Below are positions 9,457 to 16,357 of a DNA stretch of 32,000 bases, one piece after another. Source of the stretch: Candidatus Electronema halotolerans. GTDB lineage: Bacteria > Desulfobacterota > Desulfobulbia > Desulfobulbales > Desulfobulbaceae. Position 1 is the first letter of the stretch. Every line of letters begins with the position of its first letter. Made by a program: the position numbers and the translations under genes. The notes under the pieces are model-generated. The model worked only from the letters and a program-made list of their open reading frames with translations, was not told the DNA's origin and ran no database searches. The stretch is taken from NCBI GenBank assembly GCA_942493095.1, contig OW818675.1, positions 2,010,001 to 2,042,000 of the forward strand, read 5' to 3'.

Positions 9457-10498
9457 CTCTCATCAATATATTTCCGTCAAGATACCCTTTTCCTCCTTCA
9501 AAAGTTACATGAAAAAGAAGTCTTCCTCTATCTAACTCTTTCATAGCTGATTTGTGTTCGGGCATATCAATTCGGCCTATAATTTCCTTTCCTACATTTA
9601 CGTTTATTTTAATAGTTGTCTTTCCTTGATTTTTCACATCTCGCTCAATTGAAAAGCTATTTCCATCATTCTCGTCATCTGAAATGAGTTTTAGAATATC
9701 TTGAAATGAAATAACGTATGCTTTGTCAAAAAACACCTGTAAATAAAAATGTCTGACATTGTACTTCTGTATCCATCTATTCACGAGAGCAATATCCTCC
9801 ATCTTGGGAGTAATGCTCAAATAATCTCTCTTGTGGAGAATTTTTATATTTTCTTTCAATCTTTTCAAAATTTCTGTCAGCTCTCTCAAATCTTGAGTTG
9901 AAGACCATGAGGGCCGCCTGAAATCAAGCTCTCGAAATGTCTCGTCTGTAGCTTCTTTTATAAGTCTGTAAATCTCCTTATTTTTTCTCTCAAGCAATTC
10001 TCCAAGAACGCCTTTCAATATTTTCTTGCGAATTTTCAAGCAGTTGTTTGTTGCATTCTTGTGCCTCTCATTCATGAACGCTGTGTATTTATCAATCAAA
10101 AAAGAACTTGATCGCACTTCTAAAGCCGCTACAGCCATTTTTACATGATTGTCATTGTAAATATCAACTTTCTTGTCTGAAAAATCAGAGCCTCTAAAGA
10201 TCAGGATATCTGGCTTTTTGCCTATATTATTAAGTTCACTTTGATATTCACTATAAAATTCTGCAAACCCATCGTCGCCTGCTGATATTGAATCAGATCG
10301 ACCATAGTGAACAGCAAAAAAGTCCTTAGAAAATTCGTTTATCGCTTTAAATACAATTTGTTCAGCCCAATCTCCCTGTTCTTTGTTAGTAAGAAATTCA
10401 GAGTTTGCCATAGTTGGTGGACGACCAGTGATTTTGATTTCAGTATCAATTTGAAGCGGGGACTTCTTTATAAGTTCCAGAATGTTGTCTTTATACAT
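9440..10498 (-). CDS. Type II restriction endonuclease, cognate of the adjacent methyltransferase; possibly AccI-like
   Basis: 352 aa; overlaps the MTase start by 17 bp; GDWAEQIVFKAIN, VHYGRSDSISAGDDGFAEFY, KKPDILIFR...AALEVRSSSF resembles a PD-(D/E)XK core. AccI family assignment is from memory of family type and adenine-MTase pairing, not verified. Confidence 0.7.
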   Translation of the reverse strand: MYKDNILELIKKSPLQIDTEIKITGRPPTMANSEFLTNKEQGDWAEQIVFKAINEFSKDFFAVHYGRSDSISAGDDGFAEFYSEYQSELNNIGKKPDILIFRGSDFSDKKVDIYNDNHVKMAVAALEVRSSSFLIDKYTAFMNERHKNATNNCLKIRKKILKGVLGELLERKNKEIYRLIKEATDETFRELDFRRPSWSSTQDLRELTEILKRLKENIKILHKRDYLSITPKMEDIALVNRWIQKYNVRHFYLQVFFDKAYVISFQDILKLISDDENDGNSFSIERDVKNQGKTTIKINVNVGKEIIGRIDMPEHKSAMKELDRGRLLFHVTFEGGKGYLDGNILMRDVIDA

Positions 10499-10501
10499 CT
10501 C

Positions 10502-13500
10502 TTACTCCTGCACTTCTGCCACCATCTGCCCTGATGCCATGCTGCGAATCAGTTCAATTGCCTCATCTTCCTTGAACGGCTTGGTCATAAAGCCGCGTGC
10601 GCCAAGCTGAGATGCCTTTTCCCGGTACTTGTCCGCACTGCGCGAAGTAAGCATGACCACTGGAATATCCTGAAATTCCGGCTGGCTCTGCAAGGCTTGC
10701 AGCACCTCAAAACCATTCATGCGCGGCATTTCCACATCCAGCAAGACCAAATCAGGCCGCTCTTCGCGGATGCGCTCCAACGCCTCAATGCCGTTGCGGG
10801 CCACACTCGGCAGCCAGCCCTGCTGGATCAAGAAATTGGAAACCACTTTGCGCACACTGATAGAGTCGTCAACCACCAACACGTGCAGCGATTTCTCCTC
10901 AACCTGCTCTTCAATCGCCGCCTCAACCTCAGCCGCAGACAGCTCAGTCCATTTGGTCAGCAGATCATCAGTTTGCAAAATCGGCACCAAGGACCCCTCA
11001 CCCATAATGGTCATCCCGGCAATGCACGAAACATTGTGCAGATGACTGCCCAAGTCCTTGAAAACAATGTCCCGCTGGCCAATGATCTGCTCGCAGAACA
11101 GAGCTGCTTGACGGCTGCCAGCCCGGATGAGCAGCACGGCCTGCTCGCTTTCCGGCAGCAGGTCAGCGGCCTGCCCAAGATGAAAACCAGCGATGGCGGC
11201 GGGATTAATCAGGGGTAGCCGCTTGCCGCTCTCTGTTTCATAATGGCTGCCAGCGATGTCCTCTGGCCGTATCCGGGCCGCGCTGTTGATGTCGTGCATC
11301 GGCACAGCATATATCTGTCCGGCCAGCCGGACAAGAACCGCCTGGAGCTGGGCCACGGCCACAGGCAGGCGAATGAACAGCTCCAAGCCCTGCCCTTGGA
11401 CAGAAGAAATTTCCACCGAGCCATTGAGCAGCTCGACCGCGTCGCGCACCACATCCATGCCCACGCCCCGGCCTGCAATGCCGCTGATCGTGCCTGCGCT
11501 GGAAAAGCCGTGCCGGAAAATCAGGCTGGCTAATTTTTCCTCGCTCATGCCGCTGACGTTCTCCAGCGGATAGAGCTTCATGCCCTTGGCCCGAATGGCC
11601 TCGTAATTCAAGCCCTTGCCATCATCCTTGATCCGCAGGGAGAATTGGCCGCCACGCCGCTCGGCCTTGATCTCCACGGTAAGCTGCCGGTCCGAGTTGC
11701 CGCCGTGGGCCACCGAGTTGCGGAGAATGTGCATCAGCGCGTCCGCCATCGTGTCCCAGACGCGGGTGTCCATCATAATGGACTCGCCTTCAATGACTAA
11801 CTGGGCTGGATTGCCGGTGCTGCGCTCGGCCTCGCGCACAGTGCGGTGCATCCGGGCCGAGAGCACGGACAGCGGGGTCATGCGCAGGCCGATCATCCGG
11901 TTTTGAATATCCTTGAGAACCCGCGCCTGCCGCTCAACCGTCTTCTGCCAAGCAACATTCTCCAGCGCGCTCTGGTTCATGATCGAATCCAAGTCGCTGA
12001 CCGCCTCGCTCAGAGAGCGGATGAGGATGTTCAGCTCGGAGTAGCGGTCCATCTCCAGCGGATCAAAATCCTCAGCAATACCGCCTTGGCCGGAGTCGCC
12101 CATGCCGCGCAGGTATGGAATCGTAGCTAATTCGTAGCCTGCCTCCAAGCTGTGATTGATGCTCTTCAGCCGCTGGAGAATCATGCCCAGCTCATTGAGG
12201 GTGCCGCCCATCGCCGACATTGAGGCTTCAAAACTGCTCAGGTTGATGACCATGTCGCCGCTCAGGCCGACCACTTGGTCAATCTTGCTGATCTCAACGC
12301 GCAGGGTGTTGACCTTCCGCACCCCGCTGACCTGCTGCTCATGAGCCGACACTGACGGAACCGGCTCGTCGGCTGATTCAGCCTGCTCCGGCGGCAGCGG
12401 CACTGCCTCGCCAGCCATGATGCTGCGGAACTTGGCGGCAACCGTCTCCTTTCCCTCGGCAAAGTCGCCTGCCGGTTTTTCGGTAATTCTGACCAAGAGG
12501 TCTGCGCCGTCCTGCATGGCAGCCACAGCCTGCGGCCCAAGCGTCGGCGATTCATCGTGCAGCCAGTCGAGATAATCCTCAAACTGATGCCCCCAAGCAG
12601 CGACCGGCTCAATGCCGATTACCGCAGCAGCTCCTTTCAGGGTATGCACCGAGCGGCGCAGCGAATGCAGCGGTTCCCGCAGTGAATCAGAAAGCGGGGT
12701 TTCGGCTGGCACTGCTGTGCGCAACTCCTTGAGCTGGAGGTCAATATTTTCTAAATGCTCGCCGGTTTCCTCAGCAAAGCAGGCCAGCAGTTCGGGATCA
12801 ATCGCTTCCTCGGCAGGCTCCGCAGCTTCGGCAAAGAGGCTGTCGCTGTCATTATCGTCGGCAAAAAGATCGTCAAAGAGCGGCTCATCCTCCTCAGCCT
12901 GATCTTCTCTTGTTTCAGCAAAGAAAATGTCCTCTTCTGCTGCGGAAGGCAGGTCCTCCGTTTTTTCCGGCGGCGCAGCAGAAGAAGACGAAACGGTCTC
13001 AGAGGCAGTTTGAGGCGGGGCGGTCATCACAGCTTGAAAGCGGGCGGCAAGCTCCTCCTGCTCGGCTATCACGTCAGCGGCGGGATTTTCTGCCAGCCGG
13101 GCGAGAACGTCCGCGCTGTCCTGCATGATTTCAACAGCTTGCGGCCCCAGCGTCGGTGATTCGTCGTGGAGCCAGTCGAGATAATCCTCAAAATGATGGC
13201 CCCAAGCAGCGACCGGCTCAATGCCGATTACTGCCGCAGCTCCTTTCAGGGTATGCACGGAACGGCGCAGCGAATGCAGCGGTTCTCGCAGCGAATCAGA
13301 AAGCGGAGTCTCGGCTGGCACTGCTGTGCGCAACTCCTTGAGCTGGAGGTCAATATTTTCTAAATGCTCTCCTGTCTCCTCAGCAAAGCATTCCAGTAGT
13401 TCGGGATCAATCGCTTCCTCGGCAGGCTCCGCAGCTTCGGCAAAGAGGCTGTCGCTGTCATTATCGTCGGCAAAAAGATCGTCAAAGAGCGGCTCATCCT

Positions 13501-15289
13501 CTTCAGCGACTGCGTCAGCAAAAAAAATGTCCTCTTCTGCTGCGGAAGGCAGGTCCTCCGTTTTTTCCGGCGGCGCAGCAGAAGAAGACGAAGCGGTTTC
13601 AGAGGCAGCTTGGAAGCGGGCGGCAAGTTCCTCCTGCTCGGCTGCCGTGTCAGCAGCAGGATTCTCTGCCAGCCGGGCAAGGATGTCCGCGCTGTCCTGC
13701 ATGATTTCAACAGCTTGCGGTCCCAGCGTCGGCGACTCATCGTGCAGCCAGTCGAGATAATCCTCAAACTGATGCCCCCAAGCAGCGACCGGCTCAATGC
13801 CGATTACTGCCGCCGCTCCTTTCAAGGTATGCACCGAGCGGCGCAGCGAATGCAGCGGTTCCCGCAGCGAATCAGAAAGCGGGGTTTCGTCTGTCACTGC
13901 CGCTTTCATTTCCCGGAGCTGCTGATCAATATTTTCTAAATGCTCTCCAGTTTCCTCAGCAAAGCAGGCCAGCAGCTCAGGATCAACCGCTTCTGTGCCG
14001 CTGTCCTCAGTGTTTTTCTCAGCAGGAGCAGGCGGCTCTGCCGGGCTGAACATATCTTTCGCCGCTGTTTCCGGCTCAGAGGAAAAAAGATCAGCAGCAG
14101 GATCGTCTGCCGCCTCTTGGTCGTCAGTAAAGAAATTGACAGAAGGCTCATCAGGAAGCAGCAGCTCTTCCGTCTCACCAGAAGCTGCATCGGTTGGCAC
14201 GTCTTCGCCGCTGCCCGAATCAGTCAGTTCATCGAAAAAAGTTGCAACAGCCTCTGTCTCTTTCTCTTCACTGAAAAGGTCTTCCACCACTGATTCTGCG
14301 GTGGACAAATCCTCTGCGGGCACCTGCTCAGATTGTTCAGACACTGGCGCAGCTTTTGCCGCAGGCTCTGCGCTGGTCATGATTTCTTGGAACCGCTCCA
14401 GCACAGCCTGCTCTTCCGCAGCCAAAGCAGAGGTGGAATCATCTGCCAGCCGGGCAAGGATGTCCGCGCCATCCTGCATGGCAGCCACAGCCTGCGGCCC
14501 CAATGTCGGCGACTCGTCGTGCAGCCAGTCGAGAAAATCCTCAAACTGATGGCCCCAAGCAGCGACCGGCTCAATGCCGATCACAGCTGCCGCGCCTTTG
14601 ATGGTATGCACGGAATGGCGCAGGGAATGGAGATGCTCGCGGAGCGGCTCGGACAGCGCGATTTCCGCCGTCACTGCCGTGCGCATTTCTTCAAGCTGAA
14701 GAGCGATGTTGTCTGCATGCTCCTCTGTTTCCTTGGCAAAACAGGCCAGCAGTTCAATATCAACAGCCTCATGACTCTGCTGCCCGTTCTCCAGCTCATC
14801 CTCCAGAAGGAGCACTTCCTCCTCAGACTCTTCGTCCGTCGGCGTGAGCAGCTGGTCAAGAATGCCGGCAATGCTGTCTGGAGCTGGCGCAGCCACCTTT
14901 TTCGGCGGCGCGGGTTGGAGCTTGGCCGCAAAAGCGGCGGCAAGATCAGCAGACAGTGCGCCGTCAGCCTGCTTTCCGGCCCGCCGCTCTTGGCAGAAAA
15001 ATTCCAGCCGGTCTGTGGCCGTGTGGAGCAGCGAGAGCAGCTCCTCATTCATGACCAGATCGCCAGACAAGACTTTTTCCATGGTTTTTTCCAGCAGCTC
15101 GCCAGCACTGCTCAAGCCGTCCAGCCCAATCATGGCCGCCGCGCCTTTGATGGTGTGGCTGATGCGGTGCAGCTCATCCGCCGCAGGCTGATCTGTCCGG
15201 TCAGCCCGCAGCACGTCCAAGCAGCGGCGCAGCTCCGGCAGATACCCTTCCAGCTCGTTCAGGAATTCAGCTATGATGCTTGCGTCCAT
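10502..15289 (-). CDS. CheA/PilL-ChpA-like hybrid histidine kinase: five Hpt modules, HATPase, CheW-like regulatory domain, C-terminal receiver
   Basis: 1595 aa; five H-T-[IL]-K-G motifs; HILRNSVAHG (N box), IKDDGKG, GIAGRGVGMDVV; CheW-like AVLVRLAGQIYAVP; C-terminal VLVVDDSISVRKVV...LVLLDVEMPRMNG...MLTSR...TKPF. Confidence 0.95.
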   Translation of the reverse strand: MDASIIAEFLNELEGYLPELRRCLDVLRADRTDQPAADELHRISHTIKGAAAMIGLDGLSSAGELLEKTMEKVLSGDLVMNEELLSLLHTATDRLEFFCQERRAGKQADGALSADLAAAFAAKLQPAPPKKVAAPAPDSIAGILDQLLTPTDEESEEEVLLLEDELENGQQSHEAVDIELLACFAKETEEHADNIALQLEEMRTAVTAEIALSEPLREHLHSLRHSVHTIKGAAAVIGIEPVAAWGHQFEDFLDWLHDESPTLGPQAVAAMQDGADILARLADDSTSALAAEEQAVLERFQEIMTSAEPAAKAAPVSEQSEQVPAEDLSTAESVVEDLFSEEKETEAVATFFDELTDSGSGEDVPTDAASGETEELLLPDEPSVNFFTDDQEAADDPAADLFSSEPETAAKDMFSPAEPPAPAEKNTEDSGTEAVDPELLACFAEETGEHLENIDQQLREMKAAVTDETPLSDSLREPLHSLRRSVHTLKGAAAVIGIEPVAAWGHQFEDYLDWLHDESPTLGPQAVEIMQDSADILARLAENPAADTAAEQEELAARFQAASETASSSSAAPPEKTEDLPSAAEEDIFFADAVAEEDEPLFDDLFADDNDSDSLFAEAAEPAEEAIDPELLECFAEETGEHLENIDLQLKELRTAVPAETPLSDSLREPLHSLRRSVHTLKGAAAVIGIEPVAAWGHHFEDYLDWLHDESPTLGPQAVEIMQDSADVLARLAENPAADVIAEQEELAARFQAVMTAPPQTASETVSSSSAAPPEKTEDLPSAAEEDIFFAETREDQAEEDEPLFDDLFADDNDSDSLFAEAAEPAEEAIDPELLACFAEETGEHLENIDLQLKELRTAVPAETPLSDSLREPLHSLRRSVHTLKGAAAVIGIEPVAAWGHQFEDYLDWLHDESPTLGPQAVAAMQDGADLLVRITEKPAGDFAEGKETVAAKFRSIMAGEAVPLPPEQAESADEPVPSVSAHEQQVSGVRKVNTLRVEISKIDQVVGLSGDMVINLSSFEASMSAMGGTLNELGMILQRLKSINHSLEAGYELATIPYLRGMGDSGQGGIAEDFDPLEMDRYSELNILIRSLSEAVSDLDSIMNQSALENVAWQKTVERQARVLKDIQNRMIGLRMTPLSVLSARMHRTVREAERSTGNPAQLVIEGESIMMDTRVWDTMADALMHILRNSVAHGGNSDRQLTVEIKAERRGGQFSLRIKDDGKGLNYEAIRAKGMKLYPLENVSGMSEEKLASLIFRHGFSSAGTISGIAGRGVGMDVVRDAVELLNGSVEISSVQGQGLELFIRLPVAVAQLQAVLVRLAGQIYAVPMHDINSAARIRPEDIAGSHYETESGKRLPLINPAAIAGFHLGQAADLLPESEQAVLLIRAGSRQAALFCEQIIGQRDIVFKDLGSHLHNVSCIAGMTIMGEGSLVPILQTDDLLTKWTELSAAEVEAAIEEQVEEKSLHVLVVDDSISVRKVVSNFLIQQGWLPSVARNGIEALERIREERPDLVLLDVEMPRMNGFEVLQALQSQPEFQDIPVVMLTSRSADKYREKASQLGARGFMTKPFKEDEAIELIRSMASGQMVAEVQE
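12430..13990 (-). repeat. Intragenic tandem duplication of Hpt + acidic linker modules (periods 609 bp and 576 bp)
   Basis: Phosphoacceptor His codons of Hpt5, Hpt4, Hpt3 lie at 12644-12646, 13253-13255 and 13829-13831. Long near-identical DNA, e.g. GCTTCCTCGGCAGGCTCCGCAGCTTCGGCAAAGAGGCTGTCGCTGTCATTATCGTCGGC at about 12803 and 13412. Confidence 0.9.
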
Positions 15290-15322
15290 CTGCTTCTTCC
15301 TTCTTAGGCCAAGGATTGAACG

Positions 15323-15910
15323 TCATTGCAGCGCAAGTGAAGCCAGCAGCCTGCTGCCGTCAAAAAGCTGCAGCTCCTGAGTTTCCTCTCCGACCAGAAA
15401 CATGGCTGAACCTTGGAAAAAATCTGTGAGGGCGGCCGCCGGGCCGCTGGACGGGGCGGCAGGCTGCTCTGCGCCAATCTCCCGGTGCAGCATCCGGGTG
15501 CCGGTGATTTTGTCAACCATGACCGCAGTTCTCACCCCGCTGTCATGCAGCAGAATAAAGGTGCGGTTTTTTCTTGCAGTCCGACTGGTGAGCTTGAAAA
15601 AGACAGCGAGATTGGTGACAGAGACAATTTCGCCGCGAATATTGGTCACGCCCTCGACCCAGTCCGGGAGAAAAGGCAGCGGGCGCACTGTCTCCATCTC
15701 GCCGACTTCCAGCACCAAAGAAAGGGGCACGGCCAGATGGCGGCCCGCAAGCTGAAAACAGATGTGCCTGCCGATTTCCTCCCGCGCTGAAGCGACTGAA
15801 AATCTGTCTGTCTGGTTCTGCTCCTTGCGCAGCTCCTGGGCCAGCTCCGCATCAATGGCCGCAAGCAGGCTGCTCAGACTGGCATTCTCGCTGCTGTTCA
15901 GGACTGTCAT
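15323..15910 (-). CDS. CheW/PilI-like protein
   Basis: 195 aa; RHICFQLAGRHLAVPLSLVLEVGEMETVRPLPFLPDWVEGVTNIRGEIVSVTNLAVFF. Confidence 0.92.
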   Translation of the reverse strand: MTVLNSSENASLSSLLAAIDAELAQELRKEQNQTDRFSVASAREEIGRHICFQLAGRHLAVPLSLVLEVGEMETVRPLPFLPDWVEGVTNIRGEIVSVTNLAVFFKLTSRTARKNRTFILLHDSGVRTAVMVDKITGTRMLHREIGAEQPAAPSSGPAAALTDFFQGSAMFLVGEETQELQLFDGSRLLASLALQ

Positions 15911-15928
15911 TTCCCGCCAGAGATGAAA

Positions 15929-16294
15929 TCAGCCAAGATGAGTGTTCACCGCCTGCAGCAGCTCATCCGTATTAAAGGGTTTGGTCAGATACACATCCGC
16001 CCCTTGCCTCTTGCCCCAGAACTCATCCGACTTCTGGTTCTTGCTGGTCAGAAGAATGATCGGAGTTTTTTCCAAATCCGGCATGGACTTGATCGTCCGG
16101 CAGGCCTGAAAGCCGTTCATCTTCGGCATGACCACATCCAAGATGATCAGATCAGGATGTTCGGCCTTTGCCTTCTCCACCCCTTCCTCGCCGTCGGTTG
16201 CCGTGACCACGGTGTATTCCGGGCCGCTGAACACATCTGTGATCAGTTTCAGCTCAGTGGGGCTGTCATCAACTATTAGCAATTTTTTTGCCAT
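15929..16294 (-). CDS. single-domain response regulator (CheY/PilG/PilH-like)
   Basis: 121 aa; KKLLIVDDSPTELKLI, LIILDVVMPKMNGFQACR, IILLTSKN, DVYLTKPF. Confidence 0.93.
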   Translation of the reverse strand: MAKKLLIVDDSPTELKLITDVFSGPEYTVVTATDGEEGVEKAKAEHPDLIILDVVMPKMNGFQACRTIKSMPDLEKTPIILLTSKNQKSDEFWGKRQGADVYLTKPFNTDELLQAVNTHLG

Positions 16295-16357
16295 GTCGCC
16301 TTTCCTTGGAAAAAATTAAGGTTCACCTGTTTTTTTACGCTATGCTGCTCCGCAGTC

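Noticed and set aside
7906-10498. Possibility that the island is a novel multi-gene anti-phage system (BREX/DISARM-like)
   Set aside because: Only a Type II REase, an adenine MTase and a disrupted Rpn-like gene are present; no helicase, PglZ, Lon, ATPase or PLD-type partner was seen.
12612-13760. Two plus-strand ORFs (12612-12902, 13221-13760) encoding nearly identical proteins starting MPITAAAPFRVCTERRSECSGSRSESE
   Set aside because: They look like a duplicated gene family but are antisense shadows of the tandem Hpt repeats in the CheA-like gene.
12430-13990. CRISPR-like or minisatellite array
   Set aside because: Repeats are about 0.6 kb, coding, in frame, and correspond to protein domains; no short direct repeats with unique spacers.
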